This document shows positions 31,403 to 42,417 of a DNA stretch of 64,000 nt, in pieces; position 1 is the stretch's first letter; every line of letters starts with the position of its first letter. The translations under genes and the position numbers were made by a program. Source of the stretch: Candidatus Bathyarchaeota archaeon (GTDB lineage Archaea; Thermoproteota; Bathyarchaeia; 40CM-2-53-6; RBG-13-38-9); NCBI GenBank assembly GCA_963807605.1, contig CAWECG010000003.1, positions 1-64,000 on the forward strand, given 5' to 3'. The notes below the pieces were generated by a model. That model did no database searches, was not told where the DNA came from, and saw nothing but the letters and a program-made list of their open reading frames with translations.

Positions 31403-31704
31403 AAATGCCTCCCGTTCCAGATAGAGATAGTTTCACTGATTTTTTGTTCTGATGCAATTCATTTCCAACTTGAAAGATGGAGCGTTCTTGCTCTATCCTC
31501 AGTAAATCTCTATCCGAATTCTACCATACACATCAGATGGTACACTCAAGAATCTATAGTTCAAATCTGGATACTCTCACCAAAATACCCGCACACATAA
31601 AATCAATACCTAACGATAGAAGGCGGAAACCCGAGGTTTGCGGTTGTTCAGGCTTCCCCGCGGCGTGACGGTCTCGGTTAAATGGTATCGGAATGAGTTA
31701 ACAA

Positions 31705-32868
31705 GTGGTTTATACGTGTTACAAGGAGAGCTTGCCGGTACTTCTGATGTCGATTACGACTGGTAAGCTTCCACTAACCCTGCTATTGATGATGGTGATT
31801 GTCTCAGCAGGCTCCCTTATCCAATTGCAGCCTGCCTCCGCAACCTTTCCAGGAGCCAACGGCAAGATAGTATTCTCAAGAATCGTCGGAACCATTGTAA
31901 TTCAAACCCCTCCAACTATTTTCGCTCCAACCCTTCCAACTCTGCTCCCTCAATATGAGATCTTCACTGTGAACCCTGACGGCTCAGGCTTGACTCAGCT
32001 TACCTCGACCGGGTCAGGCACGGCTAATGTATACCCACGTTGGTCTGCGGACGGTACAAAAATAGTATTCGCAAGCTTCAGGACTGGCGTATCCGCGATC
32101 TGGGTGATGAATGCTGACGGATCAGGACAGAATCAAATAACCCATCCACCAGCTTCTACAAGTAACTATGAACCGGCCTTTTCTCCTGACGGATCAAAGA
32201 TTGTATTCACAAACGAATCATCAACTACTACTAACATTTGGGTGACTAATGTTGACGGCTCAAACCAGAAGCAACTGACTATAGGATCTGAGCAAGACAA
32301 TTTTCCTGTCTGGTCTCCTGACGGGTCGAAGATAGCATTTATGAGATATCCAGTATCCGGCAACGAACACATCTTTATAATGAATCCTGACGGCTCAAGC
32401 CAGACCGACATAAGCAAGGATCCTAGCGCACAAGACTACTACCCTGAATGGTCCCCTGACGGACGGATGATTGCATTCAGTAGCTTCCCCAGTTTTGCGA
32501 TCTGGGTTATGAATGCTGACGGTTCAGGCAGGAAGCAACTGAGCACTCCTGCTAATGGATTAACAGATGTCTTTCCCGCTTGGTCTCCTGACGGAACAAA
32601 GATCGCATTCACCAGAGGCGGACTCGCTAGCATAATTGTGATGAATGCAGACGGCTCAAATCCAACTGACATAACCCAATCACAGCCAAACTCAATCACC
32701 GACACTACTCCAAACTGGCAGCCTCTGTTCCTGCCTCCGCCCGCAAGACCTGTAGGCGGAGTCACCCTACCAACCAACAAGCTTGAGATTCTAACACCCT
32801 CCCTAACCTTAGTAGGACTAGCCGCTGCAGTATCCGCAGTTGTAGTAGTTAAGAGAAGAAGAGACTAA
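31705..32868 (+). CDS. Secreted TolB-like (PD40) beta-propeller protein with PVGG C-terminal anchor
   Basis: Signal peptide, ATFPGANGKI, repeated P.WSPDG.KI.F, C-terminal PVGG + TM helix + KRRRD; start may be 31747. Confidence 0.88.
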   Translation: MVYTCYKESLPVLLMSITTGKLPLTLLLMMVIVSAGSLIQLQPASATFPGANGKIVFSRIVGTIVIQTPPTIFAPTLPTLLPQYEIFTVNPDGSGLTQLTSTGSGTANVYPRWSADGTKIVFASFRTGVSAIWVMNADGSGQNQITHPPASTSNYEPAFSPDGSKIVFTNESSTTTNIWVTNVDGSNQKQLTIGSEQDNFPVWSPDGSKIAFMRYPVSGNEHIFIMNPDGSSQTDISKDPSAQDYYPEWSPDGRMIAFSSFPSFAIWVMNADGSGRKQLSTPANGLTDVFPAWSPDGTKIAFTRGGLASIIVMNADGSNPTDITQSQPNSITDTTPNWQPLFLPPPARPVGGVTLPTNKLEILTPSLTLVGLAAAVSAVVVVKRRRD

Positions 32869-32982
32869 CCAAAACATCCTTCCTCTTTTTTCGTAACTTC
32901 CTAGCATACTTTCTTTTTCACAATCTGCCGGGCGAAGCGAGGCATATCTTTTTTCGTCGTCGTATCCCTTGGTGAGCACACC

Positions 32983-33414
32983 TATGAGAATGGAGAGTCT
33001 GTACCAGTTAAATGGTCTTCCCATGGACTGGGGCATCTGCTCCATGAAAACGAGCAAGAATGGGAGAAAGCTCTGTGGACTAACATTCTACGATACGCAT
33101 TAGGCAAAATTTCCAAAGAGGAATTGCTAGCACCGTATGCAACTGAGTATGCCGTGGCAAAACTAAGTTTGACTAAACCTCACCTTCTCAAGAGAGTCAA
33201 GGCCATAAACAAAGTAACATCAATGACCAAGCGGATCAGGCCCTACAATTTCGTTCTAGCTGGGTCTCCCGCCAGAGTAGACCAAAGAGGCAAACCCATC
33301 ATTCCGCTGACAAATTTCACCAGAGAATATGATCTAGCTCCACATCAAACGTTCGTTGATGCCAGGAGTGGCAAACACTAGACAGAATACACCGAATCAT
33401 ACTGGAGAAGATGA
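32983..33414 (+). pseudogene. Fragment of a casposon-type family B DNA polymerase
   Basis: KWSSHGLGHLL...W...IRPYNFVLAG...PIIP...FVDARSG..*..SYW, a motif set recalled from casposon PolB C-termini. Confidence 0.6.
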
Positions 33415-34248
33415 ATAAGGGGTAGGAGGGTGGACAATACGCCTATCCAGAGGTCTTCATCAGGCTCCTAGGCTACATGCGCATGTTCTTCCACCTGCCC
33501 TACCGGCAGACAGAAGGACTCCTGAAAGCACTGAGAAGATTCGACTCAAGGATCAAAGTGCCTGACTAAACTATCGACAGGCGTGTGAACAAGTTGGATG
33601 AAAAAATCTTTGGAGATGACATAGTCCTGGCGGTGGATGCTTCAGGCATCAAGGTAGCTAACCGCGGCGAATGGATGCGCGACAAATGGAAGATCAGACG
33701 CGGATACCTAAAGATCCACATCGCGGTGGATGTGAAGCAGAAGAAGATCCTGGCGCTAGAGGTGACCGATGAAAAAGTGGGAGATGGACAAATGCTCAAG
33801 CCGCTGGTTGAGGAAGCCTCCAAGAAGAGTAAGGTCGCTAAAACAATTGGCGACGGAGCATACGATATGGAAAGCAACTTTCACTACCTCGACGCAAAAG
33901 GGATTGAGTCACGCATCAAGGTGCGGAAGAACACATCCAGCAGAGCCGGAGGATGCACGCCCCGCAAACTCGCAGCCCAAAAATACCTGCAGGACCCGTA
34001 AGCCTGGAAACGCAAGCATGGCTACGGCCAGCGCTGGATGGCTGAAACCGCCTTCTCGTCCTTCAAGCGAACCTTTGGAGAATATGTCTCAGCCAAAACG
34101 ATGCAAAACATGGCGAAGGAAATGATGATCAAAGCCTCACTATACAACATGCTGATAGAAACGACCACAGCAACACAAGGCTAGACGAAACCTGAAGACA
34201 GCCAACAAAAGCGAAAAGCATCACCGAAACCTAGTCGCGCAACACAGC
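33410..34248 (+). pseudogene. IS5-family transposase, degraded, with right TIR
   Basis: FHLPYRQTEG, VDASGIK, YLKIHIAVD, GDGAYD, YGQRWMAETAFSSFKR with internal stops; ends in gcaacacagc. Confidence 0.85.
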
Positions 34249-34306
34249 ACACACGACCAAAGTTTTAAATCAATCAATCTGAAATTTCTAGATAGGTGCA
34301 TCTGGT

Positions 34307-34645
34307 TTGGTAAGTCGTTCCATAATAGCGATAGTGGTTGTCATAGTGATAATTGCTGTGGCTGGAGTCTACTATATCTCTAGATCTCCTGCCCCGACTC
34401 CGCAATACTCACCTCCTCAGTCTACGACGCCAACCGTCGCTGCAGACGGTGCAGCATTGTACAAAGACAACTGTGAAGCGTGCCATGGTGCAAAGGGTGT
34501 TGGAGGGAAAGGCCCCGTGCTCACTGCCAGCAATGTAAACAGAAATACAATAGAGAAAGGTAATATCGATAAAGGTATGCCAGCATTTGGGACTACACTC
34601 ACTCCGGATCAGATTACAGCGATACTACAGTACTTGACATCCTGA
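34307..34645 (+). CDS. Membrane-anchored monoheme cytochrome c
   Basis: N-terminal TM helix, GAALYKDNCEACHG, GMPAFG. Confidence 0.88.
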   Translation: MVSRSIIAIVVVIVIIAVAGVYYISRSPAPTPQYSPPQSTTPTVAADGAALYKDNCEACHGAKGVGGKGPVLTASNVNRNTIEKGNIDKGMPAFGTTLTPDQITAILQYLTS

Positions 34646-35143
34646 GTAGAAATGGTAAAATCTCAACTCCTGTAGTGTAGGCGTTTTTCCCGGCCTGCGT
34701 CATTATGGCTCGATGATAGGTGATGGTCCAAGGAGCATTCAGTAGAGCCTACGCTGGCTTATGCAGAGCTTGAAGACGTTTCAGAATGTTCCGGTGCCTT
34801 GAAAGTAACTCAAGAACTCCGTCAAGGGCCCTCATCCAGCGAGCGCATCCCTCCAAACTTATCGAATCAAAGTATGTTGCCATTGAGAGGTAAAGGTAGG
34901 CCGAATGAAACTAAATGTTCAACTGTTCATTCAAGGCATCTAAGATTTTCTTGCCAATCATTTTTCTCACACTTTTGTATGTAGACTTCAAGGGGCTGAT
35001 AGCTACTTAATGCTATAGCGTCGACGTTGTGAATAGGTATCCCCTTTTAACAAGAGTCAAAGAATACGGCTTGGAATGTTGTGAACGTCTTCGATCGAAC
35101 TTAATAGGTGCCAGTTCCTAATTGAAATTTAAGTAGGTTTTGT

Positions 35144-35458
35144 ATGCCAATAGATCCAGATTTTGCAAAGAAACTCAAGAAGCATGGCCAGCACAATGGA
35201 CATGATGTTTGGGGCGAAGTGCAACCTCCAGAAAAGCTGGGAATTCACGGCACCAGCGTAGCCGTGGATCATGAAGTTTGTGACGGGGACGCCATCTGCG
35301 TACAGGTCTGCCCGGTTAACGTATACGAAATGATCGATAGCCCAGGACACCCGAAGTCGGACAAGAAATCAGATCCCGTCAGAGAGTCCGACTGCATCTT
35401 TTGCATGGCCTGCGAGATCTCGTGTCCACCCAAGGCAATCAAAATAACCCAGAAATAG
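35144..35458 (+). CDS. zfx: Zinc-containing ferredoxin
   Basis: IDP..H.GH.VWG.V.PPEKLGIHGT.VAVD N-terminal extension; CDGDAIC...CP and CIFCMAC...CP, as in Sulfolobales Zfx. Confidence 0.88.
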   Translation: MPIDPDFAKKLKKHGQHNGHDVWGEVQPPEKLGIHGTSVAVDHEVCDGDAICVQVCPVNVYEMIDSPGHPKSDKKSDPVRESDCIFCMACEISCPPKAIKITQK

Positions 35459-35696
35459 AAAACCAGAAATCAACTTCAATCCCCTCGAAAATCTGACAGA
35501 ACCCTCTTCTAACTCACCTTTTTCAACCATTTTTTTATTATTCTTCTTATCGTATACTCAGGGATATTTGTTATAATCTGTTGTATGCTCCGAAGGTTGG
35601 CAACCAATTCAGTTCTAAGATATTCTTTAATTTTGATCCCAATTTCTTCATTTGAGATAGGAGATGATGTTTGAGAATATTGAATATAGGTTCTCC

Positions 35697-35969
35697 TCAT
35701 TGCCTTCCACCACCATAACTATTATAGAAAAATAAGGCGAATTGTGAGCCGAACTCTCCCACGGTATAGATTTTCACTCCTTCATGTTCACCTACGGCGT
35801 CTCTAATTCTATCTGCAACCTTTCTATCCGCTAAAATCACAAGATATTGTAACCCCTCTGCTGTTGCTTTTTGGACCTGTTCCTCTACCATATTCCTTAA
35901 TTCTTCTAAAGTTGCTTTTTCACTAATGCTGAGACTAATCCCTCCGTCTATTGCTCCCCACCCAGCCAA
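35697..35969 (-). CDS. Hypothetical protein
   Basis: 90-aa ORF in an AT-rich patch, overlapping 35509-35700; possibly a fragment. Confidence 0.4.
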   Translation of the reverse strand: MAGWGAIDGGISLSISEKATLEELRNMVEEQVQKATAEGLQYLVILADRKVADRIRDAVGEHEGVKIYTVGEFGSQFALFFYNSYGGGRQ

Positions 35970-36008
35970 AACTACGTTGGACTTTGTATTGTGTTCAAAA
36001 TTGGTTGT

Positions 36009-36161
36009 AACCTCAACTCATCCATATCGCCAGTGACAAACCCTTTATTCTGGAAACCACGAACTAGGCAAGAGAAACACCACAAGACTGCATAGAGTCG
36101 GGAATGAAAAGGGAAATGAAAATGTAGGCGGTCGCACCACTCCAGCAATGAATAGATACAA
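36009..36161 (+). repeat. About 153-bp dispersed repeat, copy 1
   Basis: Near-identical to 53043-53195; partial copy near 59912-59942. Confidence 0.9.
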
Positions 36162-36383
36162 CTGATGGAATCTTTGCGCCACACACAAGAACTAGACAGT
36201 TATTCAGAATCCGCAAAGAGTCGGGTCATATGATGAGGCTAGTTATTAGTACCGTAACCTTTTTCTATGCAGCATAGCGCGCGCGTTTTGGGATACTAGC
36301 ACAATTACATTGTGTAATGGTCGCGCCTAACTTCTGGGAGAAAATAAGGATAAAGAAGGTTGGAAAGCAGGCTAGTGTTGGCT

Positions 36384-36992
36384 TCACATCTCATTGTGGC
36401 TACGCGCGTGTACGAGATATGTCGCAACAGCTAGAATCGCAATCATTACTCCAATAAGCGTAACTAGGCTATTCGTATCCAGAAGCGGTTGAGCAACCAG
36501 TGCTGCTTGAGTAGATGCAGGTGATACAGTCGTTGATGGAACAGTCTGGGTAGTACTCGACGTAGGCGATGAAGAAGGGGCAGTTTGTGGTGGACTAGGT
36601 GAGGCTACGTTTGGAATCCGAGGGCATCCGGAACAGTCCGCGATGATTTTGAAACTATCAAAGCCTACGATGGTATTGCCGGAGAGAACAGGATTAACTA
36701 GGATCACGCAGGTATGAGGTGTGCGAATCACGGACTTAGCGTCATACCAGCTATACACCTTCTCTGTTGAACATTGGTGCAGATATTCAGGAAGACCGTC
36801 GTGATCATCGTCCTCGACGAATCCGCATATCACTGTTGGAGGCGATGATCCTAATGGTGGTTGACCATTTGCTATTCTAATGTGCGCAACAGGAATGATG
36901 CTAGCGATTATCAGGAGGACTATTGGTAGAATCGAACCTTTGCGAGGCATGACCAGTGTCCTTGCTCTTTGCATCGTTATTGAGCTCTTCAT
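36384..36992 (-). CDS. Secreted Cys-containing protein with S/T/P linker and C-terminal TM anchor
   Basis: Signal-like segment, low-complexity stalk, terminal hydrophobic helix; start uncertain. Confidence 0.6.
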   Translation of the reverse strand: MKSSITMQRARTLVMPRKGSILPIVLLIIASIIPVAHIRIANGQPPLGSSPPTVICGFVEDDDHDGLPEYLHQCSTEKVYSWYDAKSVIRTPHTCVILVNPVLSGNTIVGFDSFKIIADCSGCPRIPNVASPSPPQTAPSSSPTSSTTQTVPSTTVSPASTQAALVAQPLLDTNSLVTLIGVMIAILAVATYLVHARSHNEM

Positions 36993-37124
36993 AAGCATTT
37001 CCGCCCGCTTGGCATAGGTGCAAATCTGAGGATCATGCGAAAATGCGCTCCTGCGGTAGCTAGAGCAAGCAGAATTCCTAGGGATGATGGCCATGCTCGA
37101 TGCTTTTGGCTAGCTTGCTAGCCA

Positions 37125-37586
37125 TCAGCACGCGCGGCTCGATTGAGGTGATGTTGGCGGGTTCTCGCGTCTCCATGAGATGTTTATCGGACCGGCTTGG
37201 CCAGCATGAGTTATTGCTGTGTCACCTGTTACGTTGTCCGCTACGCAGATGTAGAGGAAGAAGTCACCGACCGTGTCAGTGAGTATGGCACCGTCAGGGG
37301 AGTAGTAGTTTCTTTGATCACTTGGCGGAACGTAGAGGCTTCCAGGCAGCAGAAATGCTATGTGGCCCGGAGCATGTCCGCCAAAGTCTTTCGGAGTATG
37401 GAATCTTGGTTGGCCGTTGCCAGCTACATTAGTTGGACTGACTGGAAGGCCGCCTGCGGTCGTCTCTCCAATCTTTCCTGGCAGTTGGTCACCCAATGTG
37501 TAGTGGGCTGCGACCTGCTGTACAGTAGCTAAGGCAGCTAATACAAACATAGTTACGCAGAGCGTTGCGAGTATTTTTGTAATCAT
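37125..37586 (-). pseudogene. N-terminal fragment of a large secreted/surface protein
   Basis: Signal peptide + HYTLG...NYYSPDGAIL; ends abruptly at a cgcgcg tract. Confidence 0.5.
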
Positions 37587-37821
37587 GTTCTACTTCTCTA
37601 GGCCACTTCAATTCAGTTGTTGAAGGGAATTGGATAGCTGACGTGAGCGCTAACATTAGATGCAAAACTGGTATTTTTAAGATTTAATTCAATCTAGTCG
37701 TATCCAGATTTTTTATGTCTGGCAACGGCCTTGTTTGACCTAGGCAAGGCCAGCGAATCTTTAGGGAGATAGGGAAAAACTAGTTTGACGGCGTCTATGG
37801 CCTGAGAGATCCGGTAGAATT

Positions 37822-39465
37822 CTATGTGGCTACTATCTTGTAAGGTCGCATCATTGAGTTGTCTTCGTGTTCGAGGATGTGGCAGTGCCAGACGTAGTTC
37901 CCACCTGTAGTAGTGGGATTGAAGGTATTATAGGGACCGAATTTTACGATGATGCGTGTTATCGTCTCTGTGTTCGCTCTGACGGTGTCCTTCCAGCCTG
38001 CCTCATTGGGGTCAGGTGGCCCGGCAGGGCCCTCAAAATCAATCTCCTTTTTTCCTTTGTATGTTTCAACATCGTATGGTTGTCTATCGAGAATCTGAAA
38101 TTGTACGGCGTGTAGGTGAATGGGATGTGTGTCTTCTGTGGTGGTTATCAGGCGCCAGATCTCGGTTGCGCCGAGTTTGGGGTTCTCAGTTATCGGATCA
38201 TCCCACATTGAGCCATTGAGTTTCAGTATTACGGAGTTGCCCTGCTTGGATTTATTCTCGTCTAGAGTCAAATCCCTGACTGGCGTTGTTGGGGTCTGAA
38301 CTAAGGGCACGAATGGCATGGTGGCTGGGATAGTGCTGTTGTCTGGTTGTGTAAGCGGTACCACTCTGAACTGCATGACCTCAGGAATCACAAGCTCGAC
38401 TCCATTTGGAAACGGCGCCTTAGCGTCATTTGTCAGGAGTATCTGAGTTCCTGGTGAAACACCTGTAAAGTCGACAATTACGTCAGCCCGTTCTGCTGGA
38501 GAAATCAAGAGCTTCTTCACTTGCACAGACGAGGGCAAGAAACCGCCGTCAGTCCCGATCTGATGGAAGATTTGGCCCGAGTCAAGACTTAACCTGTAGA
38601 AGCGAGAGTTCGAGCCGTTCAAAAAGTGGAATCGGTACTTTCGCGGCTCCACCTCAAGAAACGGCCAAACCTTGCCGTTCACTAGTATGGTATCACCGAA
38701 GAATTCAGGAACCCAGACAGGAGGGGTTTCAGGATCCCCCTGACCTTTAGTCGGGTAGAACAGCGAACCGTCGGTGTTGAAGGTCCGGTCTTGGATAACA
38801 AGCGGGATCTCATACTTCTCTTTTGGAAGGTTAAGCCCATCCTCAACCGCGTCACGGATCAAATAGAAGCCTGCCAGCCCCGAGATAACGTTGAGGCGCG
38901 TTATTCCAATAGCGTGGTCATGATACCAAAGGGTAGAAGCTGGGTTCTCGTTGGGATAGTAATAGGTGCTGGATCCTCCAGGAGGAAACCACGCCTCAGG
39001 ATACCCGTCGCTTGCCGGAGGCGTGAACCCACCGTGCAAGTGGACAACATTGCGGACCTCATGGCCAGTAGTTTCTGCGCCGTGAATCGTATGGTCTATT
39101 GAACTTGCGAGTAAATGTGTGGTGGGCAGGTGACTTATCCATTTCACCTGTATTGGGCTGCCTGTTCGAACTTCGAATGTGGGACCGGGATACGTACCGT
39201 TGTATCCCCACAGTGTTGTTGGTGGAAGCTGACTGTGAAGTTTCTGTGTGAACTGAGTCATTTCCACTTCGTAGTTGGTGCCTCCTGGCTCGGTAGGCTG
39301 CACGACCTTTGGAATAGGCAAGGGATCCACATACTTGGTGAGGGTGCTTGGTTCAAGCGGAGCCGGTGGGTGGAAAGCGTACTTTGATAAGGCCGCACCT
39401 ATGGCGACCGCACCTGCTAGGCCTCCTAGAGCCTTTAAGAATGTTCTTCTCTTCATTCGAAGCAT
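37822..39465 (-). CDS. Tat-exported multicopper oxidase (CotA/bilirubin oxidase-like)
   Basis: KRRTFLK; HLHG, WYHDH, HPIHLH, WHCHILEHEDNSMM copper motifs. Confidence 0.93.
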   Translation of the reverse strand: MLRMKRRTFLKALGGLAGAVAIGAALSKYAFHPPAPLEPSTLTKYVDPLPIPKVVQPTEPGGTNYEVEMTQFTQKLHSQLPPTTLWGYNGTYPGPTFEVRTGSPIQVKWISHLPTTHLLASSIDHTIHGAETTGHEVRNVVHLHGGFTPPASDGYPEAWFPPGGSSTYYYPNENPASTLWYHDHAIGITRLNVISGLAGFYLIRDAVEDGLNLPKEKYEIPLVIQDRTFNTDGSLFYPTKGQGDPETPPVWVPEFFGDTILVNGKVWPFLEVEPRKYRFHFLNGSNSRFYRLSLDSGQIFHQIGTDGGFLPSSVQVKKLLISPAERADVIVDFTGVSPGTQILLTNDAKAPFPNGVELVIPEVMQFRVVPLTQPDNSTIPATMPFVPLVQTPTTPVRDLTLDENKSKQGNSVILKLNGSMWDDPITENPKLGATEIWRLITTTEDTHPIHLHAVQFQILDRQPYDVETYKGKKEIDFEGPAGPPDPNEAGWKDTVRANTETITRIIVKFGPYNTFNPTTTGGNYVWHCHILEHEDNSMMRPYKIVAT

Positions 39466-39611
39466 CTTGACGACCTTCGGTTAAACATGCCAAATGCTGG
39501 AAAGTCAGGATTCATATTAAATACACGCGTTGTTAAGCAAATCGCTTCCTACAAGGGCTCGTACGAGCGTGCTTGACCGTGTTCCGTGAGATAAGCGCGC
39601 GCTGGCCTGAC

Positions 39612-39685
39612 TTACACGTGTAATTTACACGTCGATTTCCAGACTTACACGATCCAGCTATAACGCCGTTATTCCCTATATCCCC
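39612..39685 (+). repeat. Casposon-TIR-like arm
   Basis: About 75-bp repeat with CACGT boxes ending ccctatatcccc directly at a 14-bp core. Confidence 0.75.
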
Positions 39686-39704
39686 TGTCCCTTGGTGAGC
39701 ACAC

Positions 39705-39824
<120 letters not shown>

Positions 39825-39865
39825 ACCTGCTTAGCGCCCTTGTGGTAAAGAAGGTGTGGCGCTCT

Positions 39866-40633
39866 TTAGGTCAGAACTTTCTCTTGTATGAAGGCGCCGT
39901 GCCAGGTGTGGTACCATACCTGACCGGTGTAGCCGTTGACGCTTAACATTCCGTATATCTTGCCATCCTTGAGGACGTGCAGGGTATAGTATCCGTAGAA
40001 GGTTTCTGGTTCTTCTAGTGAGGCGCCTGGAAGGTTCGAGTCTAGGTAGGTTTGGGCTAGCTGCTTTGCATCTGTCTTTGTAACCGACATATTAGCTGTA
40101 GGCACTCCACTGTATGGTTGGTAGCCCCATCCACGGCCCATCATTCCTCCGCCTTGACTCCAGCCACCACCCATAGGGCCCCAACCGGCCATCTGTCCGT
40201 ACTTGGTGTTCCACATCATGCTTGGCCCTTGCTCTAGATGGATTATTCCCATCATCCCGCCCATTCCGCTTAGGCCGACTGCTTTCTCGATGATTCCTTC
40301 GAAGGCGTCGATCCCTGTGCTCTTCTCGTAGGCAATGAAGTAGTAGTTATACTGGAACTCCATGATCTCTTTGACGGCTAAGTCAGGGTATCCTAAGGAT
40401 GCTACCCAGATCTTCGCCACCTGTGCTGCCTCATTGATATTCCTTGGAATTGCCGGGTAGGGTTGGTAGGATCCTGTAGTTGGAGTTGGAAATGTTGGGA
40501 AGGGAGTCGTTTGCGCTGGAAATGTAGTTATCTGGCCTGTGTATGTTGGTGCCCATTGTACTGTTGAGAATGCGGCTAACCCTACGATGCCTATTATGAT
40601 TAGGACTACTCCAAGCAGGATCCTTCTGTTCAT
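39866..40633 (-). CDS. Exported PepSY-like, Gly/Met-rich conserved protein
   Basis: EIMEFQYNYY, MMWNTKYG, FYGYYTLH, MLSVNGYTGQVWYHTWHGAFI. Confidence 0.7.
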   Translation of the reverse strand: MNRRILLGVVLIIIGIVGLAAFSTVQWAPTYTGQITTFPAQTTPFPTFPTPTTGSYQPYPAIPRNINEAAQVAKIWVASLGYPDLAVKEIMEFQYNYYFIAYEKSTGIDAFEGIIEKAVGLSGMGGMMGIIHLEQGPSMMWNTKYGQMAGWGPMGGGWSQGGGMMGRGWGYQPYSGVPTANMSVTKTDAKQLAQTYLDSNLPGASLEEPETFYGYYTLHVLKDGKIYGMLSVNGYTGQVWYHTWHGAFIQEKVLT

Positions 40634-40646
40634 TCTGTTGCTCCTC

Positions 40647-41039
40647 TTAGGAGAGTTCCTGCTTCATTCGTTCGTAGTCTTCTTTTGTTATCTCGCCCTT
40701 GGCATATCGTTCCTTTAGGATCTCAAGTGGTCTGTTGCTTGGTGCTGGACTCGCGGGTGCTGGTCTGCCTCCGCCTACGAGGTAGTAGATTCCAAACGCT
40801 ATCAGACCGATGAAGATCAGGAATACGATTATTCGGACGATTGCGCCGAGCCAGTTGAAGCCGTAACCATAGCCATATCCTCCATAGCCCATCATGCCAC
40901 CGTACCCACCGTTCGGGCCGTAGCCACCCATCATGCCTGGGCCCATAAAACCTCCTCCCATGAACATCAAGGGCCCTGCGAAGACTATTATCAAGATAAT
41001 GACTAGGAGGATGATCCAACCGCTGCTTCTATCGCTCAT
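40647..41039 (-). CDS. SHOCT domain membrane protein
   Basis: GMMG repeats; PLEILKERYAKGEITKEDYERMKQEL. Confidence 0.9.
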   Translation of the reverse strand: MSDRSSGWIILLVIILIIVFAGPLMFMGGGFMGPGMMGGYGPNGGYGGMMGYGGYGYGYGFNWLGAIVRIIVFLIFIGLIAFGIYYLVGGGRPAPASPAPSNRPLEILKERYAKGEITKEDYERMKQELS

Positions 41040-41295
41040 ATGTTCATCTCAGTTTATTTTGTGTTCAAAGCTCGATAAAACCATGTTGTTCCTCATCGAG
41101 AAGGTTATTCCAAAGAACCCTTTTCTTACACACTATTTAGCAACATCCTGTATTTGTTGGACGCAGGGTATCACAGACTATTTAGGGAGTTTTCAGAATT
41201 TAGCCCACTTCGCCACCAAATCTAACCCAAATAGTGGCCCCGGAAGTCAAGCTGAATCATATTTCTTTCCAAGAAAACAGACTAACATGCATTTG

Positions 41296-41383
41296 GGATA
41301 CTAGCACAATTACACGTGATATTTACACGTCGAATTTCAGACTTCCACGATCCAGCCATAACCCCGTTATTACCTATATCCCC
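41296..41383 (+). repeat. Casposon-TIR-like arm
   Basis: Ends ttacctatatcccc at the core at 41384; begins gggatact. Confidence 0.75.
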
Positions 41384-41437
41384 ATCACCGAGGGGCACAC
41401 AACTGTAATGGCTAGCTAAGGTTAAGGACGTTCGTAA

Positions 41438-41959
41438 CTATGGCAGTCCTGGCTGACTCGGTGGTAAGGCGAATTTTATGAATGGAAAGCCTGTAGCCAC
41501 ATGACAGTTATTGCATCCTTCTATTCCATTGTTGTATGCTGTCTCGAACTGATTCCAATCCTTCGCGTCTATAGCCTTGTCCAGAGGGTCGAGGTAGGCA
41601 CTTTCGAAAGCCTTGAGTAAAGGCGCTCTCCCCGGCCTCGTAGTCTCCCCCACCTCCTGTATCTCCCTAGCTTCTGTCAACTGGTATTTTGCAAGATCCC
41701 AATTACCAGCCTTAGCTGCATAGTAGATTTCATAATATCTCTGGCCGTACTCGATCATTACAGTGCCCAACCCAGGCTGAAGTTCAGCAATCTGGCCCAA
41801 TGTCAGATTACCATGCGAAGTTTTCAACGTAACGTTTTCAGCTCCACTGTAGGGTAGCTGCGAAACTTGAGCAGCTCGAAAGTTCAAGACCAAAGATGTG
41901 GTTGCAACTCCGAGAGCCACAAACGCAATGATTATTGCAACGGCAATACTACGTTCCAT
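41438..41959 (-). CDS. Membrane-anchored helical c-type cytochrome-like protein
   Basis: N-terminal TM helix; PGLGTVM...AGNWDLA.Y; C-terminal CNNCH. Confidence 0.7.
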   Translation of the reverse strand: MERSIAVAIIIAFVALGVATTSLVLNFRAAQVSQLPYSGAENVTLKTSHGNLTLGQIAELQPGLGTVMIEYGQRYYEIYYAAKAGNWDLAKYQLTEAREIQEVGETTRPGRAPLLKAFESAYLDPLDKAIDAKDWNQFETAYNNGIEGCNNCHVATGFPFIKFALPPSQPGLP

Positions 41960-42417
41960 ATTAAATGACTGTTTTCAATCACAAATTTAAGCTTGGTGTG
42001 CACTTAACACAGCGTGTGCGCTAGAAACCATACGCGCGCGCACTACAATAACGGCTCGCTACGCTCGCCGAGTCCGAAGAACGGATGAATTGCGATTCTA
42101 CTGTCTCTCGATTCAGTTGGAGCGTTCAAAGTACTTTCTAAAATCACTTTCAGGCGTGAGCGATCAAGCGACGCATCGCCTGGCGGAAACGTTCCTCGCT
42201 CTCACGCAGGACTTGCTCCGCGTTCTTTTGCCGGGTAATGTCTCGCGCAATTGTTGAAGCACCAACTATCTTGTCGGCAGAATTTGAACTCTAGTTTTGT
42301 GTGTGCTCACCAGCTATGGCGACGACGACCAAAAGCGCGCTCTTCCGTTTTGGAGTATAGGTGGATAGCAAAGAGATTTAAAATATTCTAATAATAATTT
42401 CAGTCTGGGGATTAAGA

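Noticed and set aside
41296-41383. Complete 88-bp mini-casposon with two TIRs (GGGATA...TATCCCC)
   Set aside because: The left flank does not duplicate the 14-bp right flank and the inverted match is only 6 bp.
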